From contig JAGGTK010000033.1 in NCBI GenBank assembly GCA_021163765.1, positions 5,923 through 69,922 of the forward strand: a stretch of DNA of 64,000 nucleotides. The letters are read 5' to 3'. This stretch comes from a bacterium (lineage in GTDB: Bacteria; 4484-113). Positions 56,131-64,000 of this stretch are shown one piece after another. The notes beneath the pieces are model-generated. The model did not search any database. It saw nothing but the letters and a program-made list of their open reading frames with translations, and was not told the DNA's origin. Position 1 is the first letter of the stretch; each line of letters starts with the position of its first letter. A program made the position numbers and the translations under genes.

Positions 56131-57348
56131 ATGATGGCTGGATACTTCTGGAGAATCTGGGCAGTCCTTTTAGCGCTCTCCATCCTCTGGCTCGGCTGGT
56201 GTATGAAGACCTCTCAGCCGGCAGAAGCGCAAGGCGGAGTCCCCGATGAAATCCGCGCGAAGTGCTTTGTCCTCGTGGACGACGAGGGCAAGGAATGCGC
56301 TTATCTTCATAGCGCCCCTGATGGCTCACCGGGTCTGTTCCTCTTGGACACTCAGGGCAAGCCGCGCGTGTCGCTCGCAGTGGCGTCACCTGAAGGCACA
56401 GGAGCCGCCCTTATCGTCTCAGACGCTCAGGGCACTCAGCGTGCTGAGTTCGGTTTGTATGCCGATGGTTCACCGATGGTCGGCTTCTGGGACGCTGAGG
56501 ACAACAAACGAGTCTTGCTCAGCATGTCGGCAGATGGCTCTCCACATCTGCGGCTCTACGACTCTAACGGAAAGGTGGGCGCGGGCATTGCGACGCTGGC
56601 CGATGGTTCTTCTGCCTTCGTTCTCGCCGACTCCAACGGAAAGGTGCGCGCCAGCATTGTGGTGGAGGCAGATGGGTCACCGGCCATGCGGCTCTGGGAC
56701 TCCACCGATAAGCTGCGTGCGCATATCGCACTAGGGGCAGATGGCTCTCCCGTTCTGCGTCTCGCCGACGCTATCGGAAAGGACCGCGTGAGAATTAACA
56801 TCAATGCAGATGGCTCGCCAAGCTTGTGCTTTTCTGACTCCAGCGGGAGCCCTCGCACATTGATAGGACTAGTCCCGGATGGCTCTTCGAACTTAGCGTT
56901 CGTTGACTCCAGCGGAAAGGGACGCGCAGTTATCGGGTTGACGTCAGATGGCTCTCCTGGCTTGTACATGGCCGACTCAAGCGGGAACGACCGAGTGGGC
57001 ATTGCCGTCGACTCAGACGGGTCCCCGGCATTAAGGCTCTATGACTCTGGCGGAGAGAACTGTGCGTTCATTAGCGTAAACCCAGAGGCTACGTTGCTAA
57101 CCCTATCCGACTCAGTGGGAAAGGCAGGGATTAGTCTTGGTGTTTTTGACGATAGTAATCTCGGCTTGTTCCTCTCTGATTCATCAGAGAAGGTGCGCGC
57201 GCACATCGTACTTGCAGATGGCACTCCAGGATTTCGGCTCTATGACTCCGGGGGGAATGCTCGCGTTGCTGGCGGCACTCGCACTGATGGAAGCTGGGGC
57301 CTCGTCGTTCAGGACCTGGAAGGACGTGCCCTCTTCTCCGCGCCGTAA
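56131..57348 (+). CDS. Exported protein of about 15 tandem 23-aa beta-repeats
   Basis: N-terminal TM/signal; consensus ADGSPxLxLxDSxGKxRAxIxxx; GGGAGG RBS before ATG 56131. Confidence 0.85.
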   Translation: MMAGYFWRIWAVLLALSILWLGWCMKTSQPAEAQGGVPDEIRAKCFVLVDDEGKECAYLHSAPDGSPGLFLLDTQGKPRVSLAVASPEGTGAALIVSDAQGTQRAEFGLYADGSPMVGFWDAEDNKRVLLSMSADGSPHLRLYDSNGKVGAGIATLADGSSAFVLADSNGKVRASIVVEADGSPAMRLWDSTDKLRAHIALGADGSPVLRLADAIGKDRVRININADGSPSLCFSDSSGSPRTLIGLVPDGSSNLAFVDSSGKGRAVIGLTSDGSPGLYMADSSGNDRVGIAVDSDGSPALRLYDSGGENCAFISVNPEATLLTLSDSVGKAGISLGVFDDSNLGLFLSDSSEKVRAHIVLADGTPGFRLYDSGGNARVAGGTRTDGSWGLVVQDLEGRALFSAP

Positions 57349-57371
57349 GCAGCCGTAAGGGAGACGTAGAA

Positions 57372-58043
57372 ATGGAGAATGCCACTTGGACAATTGGCCT
57401 TGCCACCATCGGTTATGCACTTCTCACAGCAATCATCGCGTTCTTCGCGTACAGGGCTTTTTCTGAAGCCAGAAAGCAGACCAGGGAAATCGCGGGAACG
57501 CGGTGGAGCGGTTACTTCTTGGAGTACACGAAGCGCTACGACGAGATCTGGGGACGGATGCCCGCATGCGTCACTGATGACCCTCTTGCCCAGAATGATT
57601 GGTTCAACGGTCGAGAGGAGTACGTGTGCAATCGAGTTGGCGAATCGTTAGGACCCATCGGTGTACCCATCATTCATGCCGAGCATGGTTCTGAAGCTCT
57701 GGTAGAACATGCGAGACGACGGACTGAGGAAGAACTGCGCGAGACCTATGGTCAACTGAAGGGGCAAGGCTACTTCTCAGTAGACCATGGTGAGCTGTTG
57801 CGCATAACAGACATGTACTTCAACCTCTGCAGCGAGGAATATCACCTTGCAGGTAAGGGGGAACTCGAGGAAGAGGCCTGGAGGATTTGGAAGGCTGGAA
57901 TCAAGCAGAACATGGATTACATGACCTTGCGGTCGGCTTGGCAGAAAAGGCGTGAGCAATACAAGTACTACGGTGATTTCAAGAACTGGATGGATGACCT
58001 GATAGCGGCAGACGCCAATAAGCTCGACGGGCTTAACCCCTAA
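57372..58043 (+). CDS. Hypothetical protein with N-terminal TM helix
   Basis: 223-aa ORF; GGGAG RBS; TM WTIGLATIGYALLTAIIAFFAY; aromatic-rich helical domain. Confidence 0.72.
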   Translation: MENATWTIGLATIGYALLTAIIAFFAYRAFSEARKQTREIAGTRWSGYFLEYTKRYDEIWGRMPACVTDDPLAQNDWFNGREEYVCNRVGESLGPIGVPIIHAEHGSEALVEHARRRTEEELRETYGQLKGQGYFSVDHGELLRITDMYFNLCSEEYHLAGKGELEEEAWRIWKAGIKQNMDYMTLRSAWQKRREQYKYYGDFKNWMDDLIAADANKLDGLNP

Positions 58044-58075
58044 ACAGCTTGCGCCATACCGCAGCCGCCGTTTTG

Positions 58076-58104
58076 CTGACTGCAAGCACTTCAAATGCTA
58101 TAAT
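58076..58104 (+). promoter_or_regulatory. Promoter for panBCD
   Basis: CTGACT, 17-nt spacer, TG-C-TATAAT (extended -10). Confidence 0.55.
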
Positions 58105-58240
58105 CACTCCGAGCCGCTTGGAGCCTGCGGGACCGAGACGGTGCGGAATATGCCTGTACGCGCTGTCTGCATATTGCGGCAGCGCTGTCTGCATTATCGG
58201 CCGCTGAGCTTCCCTGCGCGTTCCACCGGATGTGATACTT

Positions 58241-59095
58241 ATGGCTGAATTCAAAATACCTCAGCTTCGGCGGAAGAAGGAGCGGGGCGAGCCCATCGTC
58301 TCCATAACCGCCTACGACCTCTTTACGGCGCACCTGGCGCGCGACGCCGGCGTGGATTTTGTGCTGGTCGGCGATTCAATGGCCAACGTGCTTCAGGGGC
58401 ATTCCACGACCGTCCCCGTCAGCCTGGAGGACGTCATCTACCACACGCGCATCGTCGTGCGCGCGCTGCCGGATATGCTGGTAATCGGCGATATGCCGTT
58501 CGGCACGTTCAAGGTCAGCGCGGACGAAACCGTCCACAACGCGCTTGCGCTGTTTAAAGAAACGGGCTGCGGGGCGGTGAAGATGGAGGGCGCTGACGAA
58601 TCCAACCTCGACGCCACCGCGCGGCTGAAGCGCATCGGCGTGCCGGTAATGGGGCACCTGGGATTGCTTCCGCAGCGGGTGCACGCCACCGGCGGCTACC
58701 GCATCCAGGGGCGCAGCGAAAAGTCCCGCCAGCGGCTGCTCGCGGAAGCTCAGGCGCTGCAGGACGCGGGCGCGTTCGCGGTGGTGCTGGAGTGCGTGGA
58801 GAGCCGGTGTGCCGAAGCGATTACCCGTGCGCTCAAAGTGCCGACCATCGGCATCGGCAGCGGGCCGCACACCGACGGCCAGATACTGGTGATCCACGAC
58901 GCGCTGGGGATGCACGCGGAGTACCTGCCCAGCTTCGCGCGCCGCTTCGCCAACCTCTACGCCGATGGGGTGGAAGCTCTGCGTGAATACACCGGTGCTG
59001 TGCGTGCGCGCACATTCCCCGGTCCGGGTGAATACACGATGGTGCCGCAAAAGGCAGCCGATGAATCCGATAACGAAGGAGCGCAAACCGCGTGA
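58241..59095 (+). CDS. panB: 3-methyl-2-oxobutanoate hydroxymethyltransferase
   Basis: ITAYD, LVGDSMANV, GDMPFG, AVKMEG, MGHLGLLPQ, TIGIGSG, DGQILVIHD. Confidence 0.96.
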   Translation: MAEFKIPQLRRKKERGEPIVSITAYDLFTAHLARDAGVDFVLVGDSMANVLQGHSTTVPVSLEDVIYHTRIVVRALPDMLVIGDMPFGTFKVSADETVHNALALFKETGCGAVKMEGADESNLDATARLKRIGVPVMGHLGLLPQRVHATGGYRIQGRSEKSRQRLLAEAQALQDAGAFAVVLECVESRCAEAITRALKVPTIGIGSGPHTDGQILVIHDALGMHAEYLPSFARRFANLYADGVEALREYTGAVRARTFPGPGEYTMVPQKAADESDNEGAQTA

Positions 59096-59976
59096 GTATG
59101 GAAGTAATCCAGACAGTTGATGGGCTGTGGCGCGCGAAGCACCAGCTCTGTAGTGAATTCGCCGCAAAAGAACAGAAGCGCCCCTACGTGGGATTTGTCC
59201 CGACAATGGGCAATCTGCACGATGGCCACCTCTCACTCGTCCGGCGGATGGTGGACGAGTGCGACGTAAGCGCAGTGTCCATCTTCGTGAATCCGACCCA
59301 GTTTGGTCCGGGTGAGGATTTCAACGAGTATCCGCGCACGCCGGAGGCGGACCTGATGCGGTGTGAGGACGCCGGTGTGGACATAGTCTTCATTCCCGAA
59401 AGCGGCGCGTTGTACGCGCCCGACCACAGCACGGAGGTCATCGTCCGGAAGCTAACGGACGGCTACTGCGGCGCGGCGCGGCCGGGGCATTTTGCGGGCG
59501 TCACGTTGGTGGTGGCCAAGCTGCTCAACATCGTCCATCCGGACATCGCCTACTTTGGCCAGAAGGACTACCAGCAATTCCGCGTCATCGAGCGGATGGT
59601 GCGCGACCTCGATTTCCCGCTGGATATCGTAATGTCACCCACCGTTCGCGAGCCGGACGGCCTGGCAATGTCGTCGCGCAACGCTTATTTGGGCGACGAC
59701 GAGCGCAGGGCTGCGGCGACCATCTACGAAGGCCTGGAGGCGCTGGCGGACGCCTTCGCCGCCGGCCAGGACGGTGCGGAGGCGCTGAAGGAAGTTGCGC
59801 GCTCCAAGCTGGCTGACATGGTGCAGCTTGAGTACCTGGAGATTGCCGACGCCTGGTCGCTTGAGCCGAAGGAGAGCGCCGCAAGCGGCGACGTTGTGCT
59901 GGTCGCGGCGAAGGTCGGCGGCATCAGGCTCATTGACAACATTATTCTCGCGGCGGGAGAAGAAAATGCTGATTAG
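59092..59976 (+). CDS. panC: Pantoate--beta-alanine ligase
   Basis: VPTMGNLHDGH, SIFVNPTQF, RPGHFAGV, FGQKDYQQ, GLAMSSRN, RLIDN. Confidence 0.96.
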   Translation: MSMEVIQTVDGLWRAKHQLCSEFAAKEQKRPYVGFVPTMGNLHDGHLSLVRRMVDECDVSAVSIFVNPTQFGPGEDFNEYPRTPEADLMRCEDAGVDIVFIPESGALYAPDHSTEVIVRKLTDGYCGAARPGHFAGVTLVVAKLLNIVHPDIAYFGQKDYQQFRVIERMVRDLDFPLDIVMSPTVREPDGLAMSSRNAYLGDDERRAAATIYEGLEALADAFAAGQDGAEALKEVARSKLADMVQLEYLEIADAWSLEPKESAASGDVVLVAAKVGGIRLIDNIILAAGEENAD

Positions 59977-60316
59977 GATGCTTAAGGCCAAACTTCACGG
60001 CGTGCACATCACTGAATCCGAGCTGGAATACATGGGAAGCATCACCATTTCGCGCGAGATACTCGACGCCGCGGGGATGCTGCCCTACGAAGAGGTGCTC
60101 TGCTCCAATTTCGCCAACGGCGAGCGCTGGACGACCTACATTATCCCCACCGACCGTCCCGGCGTCATCGGGCTCAACGGGCCCGCCGCGCTCAAGGGCA
60201 GCGTGGGCGACAGGCTCATCGTTATGAGCTATTGCCTGATGGGTGAGGACGAAGCCCAGATGCACCAGCCGACCGTCCTGCTCTTCAACGAGGACAACAG
60301 CATTAAGCAGCGCTAG
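59966..60316 (+). CDS. panD: Aspartate 1-decarboxylase
   Basis: MLKAKLH, YMG-SITI (Gly-Ser self-cleavage site), NGERWTTY, LNGPAA; the true start is ATG 59966, not 59795. Confidence 0.95.
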   Translation: MLIRMLKAKLHGVHITESELEYMGSITISREILDAAGMLPYEEVLCSNFANGERWTTYIIPTDRPGVIGLNGPAALKGSVGDRLIVMSYCLMGEDEAQMHQPTVLLFNEDNSIKQR

Positions 60317-60399
60317 CGCTGTCGGGGCGCGGAACGCTGTGCCTTCCCCGTTGGGTGCGGACGCCTGTCCAGGTTTACCCGCCTATGGAGGGCGTCCGA

Positions 60400-60535
60400 C
60401 CTTCGTTCGCGCCGGCTGGATAGCCGGCGCCACCCGTATTGTGTCCTTTACCGCCAACCGAGTACGCGGTGCTTGCCCGCCATTACGCGCCGCGTGTTCA
60501 GTGACCTTAGTTGGTGGCACGGGCGCTTGCCCGCC
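60400..60535. repeat. REP-like palindrome cluster (copy C)
   Basis: 32-nt near-identical copy of 55201-55232; CGGGC-gctt-GCCCG hairpin at 60520-60533; GCTTGCCCGCC occurs twice (60471 and 60525). Confidence 0.65.
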
Positions 60536-60629
60536 GGAGCCTTAGCGTAGGTTGGTCTCGCCCGTGACTCCGCCTACTTGACAGCCCCCCGAATGTGCTA
60601 GACTGGCATTGGCCGATTGAGGGAGCGAT

Positions 60630-60857
60630 GTGGCGAAAGAGCCTGCCGGTAACGGTGTTAGCCGCAGTGGGGGCCAGAACCCGCAGAATCCCGCGCGCGA
60701 AAACACGCCTGGGCCATCTCCAAATACACCCAATGCCGGGACAGCCAAAGCGCCGCCCGCGCAGCCCGATGCCACCGCCGCGTCCGTGCGTTCCTGGAGC
60801 AGCACGACGAGTCGCCGGCGTAGAAAGCGCCCGCTTTCTGCGCGGGTGAGTCGCTAA
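60630..60857 (+). CDS. Possible small disordered basic protein
   Basis: TTGACA...TG-C-TAGACT promoter-like element (60578-60604) and GAGGGAG RBS before GTG; no recognisable domain. Confidence 0.3.
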   Translation: MAKEPAGNGVSRSGGQNPQNPARENTPGPSPNTPNAGTAKAPPAQPDATAASVRSWSSTTSRRRRKRPLSARVSR

Positions 60858-61052
60858 GGATTACTCGCCGGATGCCCCATACGTTCCCGAATAACGCTGT
60901 CTGCTAGAATAATCGCGCCTTAAGAGGGCTGTGCCCTGCGTGTATTCTTTTCGAAGCCCGCAGGGCTCCTTTGCGTCCAGGCTTCCGGCGGCAGCGTTCG
61001 CCAGCGGGATTCCACAGTCCAGTTCCGCGCGTTCCTTCGGGATGCGTGCTTT

Positions 61053-64000
61053 CTAAATTGCTCCCAGCTTCTCGCGCAGCAGCTCTATCGCGTCAGGCAG
61101 CTTGCTTGCGTCGCGGCCACCCGCTTCGGCGAACGCGTCCGCTCCGCCGCCGCCGCCGCCGAGAATCTTCGCCATGTCGCGGACAACCGCGCCCGCCTTG
61201 ACCCCACTTTCGGGAAGCTCCGGCGAAAACCTTAGCGTCAGCGAAACCGACTTCTCGTCCTTGCGGACAATCAGCACGGCGAACGGCTTCTTGCCCGCCT
61301 TCGCGAGCTCCCGCGCCGCCCGGTCGATGACGTTTTTCACGTCGTCCTTGCCCGCGCCTTCAAGCTCCACCGCCACCAGCGACACTTTGCCCGCCATCTC
61401 CGGCTCGGCGACCTTCGGCGCCACCGTGTCGTATAGCGCTCCGCGCTTGAGCACCGCCAGCTCCTGGTGCGTTTCCTTCAGCTCGCGGCGCGTTTTCTCG
61501 ATAGCCTCTTCGACCTCATTTAGCGGCACGTGGAATTCGCGCATCAGGTCTTCGCCCACCTTGCGGAAATCCGCGAGGAACTTCTGCGCTTCCATTCCCA
61601 CCGCCGCTTCCAGCCGCCGGATGCCGGACTGCACCGATTCTTCCTTCACGATGACGAAGCTTCCGGCCTGCGAGCTGTGCGAGAGGTGCGTGCCTCCGCA
61701 AAGCTCTCGGCTCACCTGAGCGCCCTCCTCGCCCATATTCACCACGCGCACGGTCTCGCCGTATTTTTCGTCAAACACCGCCGTCACGCCCTCGCGCTTG
61801 GCGTCCACGAGCGGCATCTGCTGCGTCCACACGGCGTGGTCCGCCAGCAGTATTTCATTGGTGATGCGCTCCACTTCGCGCATCTGCTCGTCGGTCATCG
61901 CCTCGTAGTGGCTGAAGTCAAAGCGGATGCGGTCGGGGTAGATCTGCGAGCCCGCCTGGTTCACGTGCTCGCCCAGCACCCGCTTGAGCGCCGCAAGCAT
62001 CACGTGCGCGGTGGTATGCGCGCGGGCGATTGCAGTTCGCCGTGTCTCATCCACCTTAAGCTCCACCGTTGCGCCTTCCGCGAGGTTTTCCGCGCCGCCT
62101 TCTTCGAAGAAGCCCAGGTGCTCGCCCATATTCTTGCTGTCCACGACGCGGAAGCGCACGTCTTTGCCGACCGCGTATCCCATATCGCCGGGCTGCCCGC
62201 CGGTTTCGGCGTAAAACGGCGTCTTATCGGTGTAGAGCGCGAATAGCTCCTTGCCCTTCGCCTCTTCCGCGCCCGCGGCGTCCTTTTCCTTCGCGTCGAG
62301 CTTGCCCGTGAACGGCTTTACGCCGCGCACAGTCGCCCTCGCTGTCAGCGTATCGTATCCGACAAATTCAACATCGCCGTTTGCCATCGCGCCTTCCTCC
62401 TCCACCTGGAATTCGGACGTGAACTCCTTGCGCTCCCGCGCCCTGTTGCGCTGCTGCTCCATCTCCGCTTTGAACTCGTCCTCGTCCACCTCGAACCCGC
62501 GCAGCCGCGCCAGCTCCTGCGTAACCTCGAACGGAAGGCCGAGCGTGTCATGCAAGTAGAACGCGAACGCGCCAGACACAGCCCTGCGCTGAAGTTCAAC
62601 AGCTACCGCTCTTAGAGCACTGTCAACGTAGCTCCAGCGTTCTTCCCACTCAGGTGAAAGTTGGAATGTGCCCGGCTGATCTAGAAAACCACCGCCCATC
62701 TGCTGTCCGTTTAATATGACTTGAACGTGCTTGTCTTGTGGAGTATCGGTCACTGGGCATTCGCTACGTACGGTTTCCATTTCATCAATCGCCTTAAGTG
62801 CTTCTTTCCACGCTTCTCCGTGCACCCAGCCTCCGGTTACAATGAGATGCAGATGGTCCCAAACCCCAGTCTCGAGAGAGTTCAGAGCGTCCAATGCGTA
62901 AGTGCTTCTGCCATTCTGCTTCAGTACAGCGAAGTAGTTGTTGATACGCTCCTCAATAGTTTTCTTGAGGTTGACGTCGTAGCCTAGCTTCTCAATGCCT
63001 TTCTCCAGCACCCCCAGGAATCCCTCTTCCTCGCGCGCGAGCCACGTCAGGATATTGTCCTTGCGGCTTGCGAGTTCAGGATACGCGTCGCCCATCTTGT
63101 CGATGATGAGCTTCGCGGGCTCGGTGAGATACGGCTTGCGCACGCCCAGCAGGTACGTCGTCTTCACCACGCGCCTGATCACCCGCCGCAGCACGTAGCC
63201 GCGGTCGAGGTTGCTCGGCGTGATGTTGTCAGCCAGCATAAACGCCGCCGTGCGTATATGATCCGCGCACAGCCAGAACGGCTCGTAGGCGAGCTTGTCT
63301 GGCGCCACGCGCTCATCGCCCGAAGTGCTAGTGCTGAGCGCAGCCGAAGTGCCCGCAGCCAGCTCTTTGAAGTAGCCCACGAGATAATCAAACAGGTCGC
63401 ATTCAAACACGTTGGCCTTGCCCTGCAGCACCGCCGCCAGCCGCTCGAGGCCCATTCCGGTGTCGATATTTTTCTTGGGCAGCGGCGTCATCTTGCCCGC
63501 CGCGTCGCGATTGAACTCCATAAACACGAGGTTCCACACTTCGAGCATCCGCCCGGCTTTTTCCATCCGCTCGAAGTCCTCGCGGCTCTTGCACGGGTTA
63601 CTTTCCGCGCGCTCCATGTCGAAGAAGATTTCCGTGTCATATCCGCACGGCCCGACGTCCGCCGCCGCCCATAAATTGTGCTCGTCGGATAGCCCGAAGA
63701 TGCGGTCGCGCGGCACGCCCGCCAGCTTCTCCCAGAGCCCCGGCGCATTCGGGTCGTTTTCGTGCGTGCTCACATACAGGTATTTCGGGTCGAGCCCCGC
63801 CCACTTCTTGTCCGTCAGGAACTCCCACGCCAGCTCGATGGCCTCGGCCTTGAAGTAATCGCCGAAGCTGAAGTTGCCCAGCATCTCGAAAAACGTGTTG
63901 TGCCGGTTGGTGAAGCCCACGCGGTCTAGGTCGACCGTGCGCACGCACTTCTGGCACGACGCCACGCGCGGCGCCGGCGGCTGCTCCTTGCCCTCGAAGT
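61053..64000 (-). CDS. alaS: Alanine--tRNA ligase (5' end outside the window), with a large internal insertion
   Basis: RVASCQKCVR, RHNTFFEMLGNFSFGDYFK, IDTGMGLERL, RGYVLRR, TPFYAETGGQ, HTTAH, ELCGGTH, GIRRLEA, GGGGG C-Ala domain; the frame continues to the window edge. Confidence 0.96.
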   Translation of the reverse strand, partial: FEGKEQPPAPRVASCQKCVRTVDLDRVGFTNRHNTFFEMLGNFSFGDYFKAEAIELAWEFLTDKKWAGLDPKYLYVSTHENDPNAPGLWEKLAGVPRDRIFGLSDEHNLWAAADVGPCGYDTEIFFDMERAESNPCKSREDFERMEKAGRMLEVWNLVFMEFNRDAAGKMTPLPKKNIDTGMGLERLAAVLQGKANVFECDLFDYLVGYFKELAAGTSAALSTSTSGDERVAPDKLAYEPFWLCADHIRTAAFMLADNITPSNLDRGYVLRRVIRRVVKTTYLLGVRKPYLTEPAKLIIDKMGDAYPELASRKDNILTWLAREEEGFLGVLEKGIEKLGYDVNLKKTIEERINNYFAVLKQNGRSTYALDALNSLETGVWDHLHLIVTGGWVHGEAWKEALKAIDEMETVRSECPVTDTPQDKHVQVILNGQQMGGGFLDQPGTFQLSPEWEERWSYVDSALRAVAVELQRRAVSGAFAFYLHDTLGLPFEVTQELARLRGFEVDEDEFKAEMEQQRNRARERKEFTSEFQVEEEGAMANGDVEFVGYDTLTARATVRGVKPFTGKLDAKEKDAAGAEEAKGKELFALYTDKTPFYAETGGQPGDMGYAVGKDVRFRVVDSKNMGEHLGFFEEGGAENLAEGATVELKVDETRRTAIARAHTTAHVMLAALKRVLGEHVNQAGSQIYPDRIRFDFSHYEAMTDEQMREVERITNEILLADHAVWTQQMPLVDAKREGVTAVFDEKYGETVRVVNMGEEGAQVSRELCGGTHLSHSSQAGSFVIVKEESVQSGIRRLEAAVGMEAQKFLADFRKVGEDLMREFHVPLNEVEEAIEKTRRELKETHQELAVLKRGALYDTVAPKVAEPEMAGKVSLVAVELEGAGKDDVKNVIDRAARELAKAGKKPFAVLIVRKDEKSVSLTLRFSPELPESGVKAGAVVRDMAKILGGGGGGADAFAEAGGRDASKLPDAIELLREKLGAI

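Noticed and set aside
56317-57345. CRISPR array or DNA-level repeat array
   Set aside because: The periodicity (69 bp) is degenerate at third codon positions and in frame with a protein repeat; no identical repeats with unique spacers
59795-59965. N-terminal extension of panD
   Set aside because: Overlaps panC; canonical PanD begins at ATG 59966 with its Gly24-Ser25 site in register
60542-60849. Alternative small ORFs 60542-60805 (minus) and 60595-60849 (plus)
   Set aside because: They overlap the 60630-60857 frame, have poorer RBS spacing and show no motifs
62586-62987. Intein in AlaRS
   Set aside because: No Cys/Ser at the start, no His-Asn followed by Cys/Ser/Thr at the end, and no LAGLIDADG motif

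Overview
A GC-rich chromosomal segment from a bacterium I cannot place taxonomically. kdsA implies a KDO/LPS-type envelope, and several enzymes suggest anaerobic or fermentative metabolism. Housekeeping genes are fhs, purM, kdsA, selD, hppA, recX, lysS, mfd, rpsP-khpA-rimM, an M24 peptidase with efp, panBCD and a partial alaS. No rRNA, tRNA, CRISPR array, integrase or transposase was seen. The most unusual signal is a ~1000-aa PKD/Kelch surface lipoprotein (36646-39660) that the ORF track splits in two. A single in-frame UGA sits in a C-P-G-U motif inside one Kelch blade and is followed by a SECIS-like hairpin. The selD in this window is itself UGA-recoded (C-A-G-U plus a SECIS-like hairpin with a similar AGG loop), so this is a candidate new family of exported selenoproteins. 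Other notable loci: (1) a tdh-acs-acp-kbl operon placing an acyl-AMP ligase and a dedicated ACP inside threonine/glycine interconversion; (2) a dedicated chaperone operon (1324-aa TPR protein with an HPD-to-DPE J-like domain, divergent GrpE, Hsp70, Zn-ribbon TPR protein); (3) a seven-gene ECF sigma / anti-sigma / B-box / PspC / LiaF-toastrack envelope-stress operon; (4) an isobutyryl-CoA-mutase-type large subunit; (5) a REP-like palindrome family flanking an accessory nuclease; (6) a ~120-aa low-GC in-frame insertion in AlaRS. All family calls are by motif recognition only; no searches were run.
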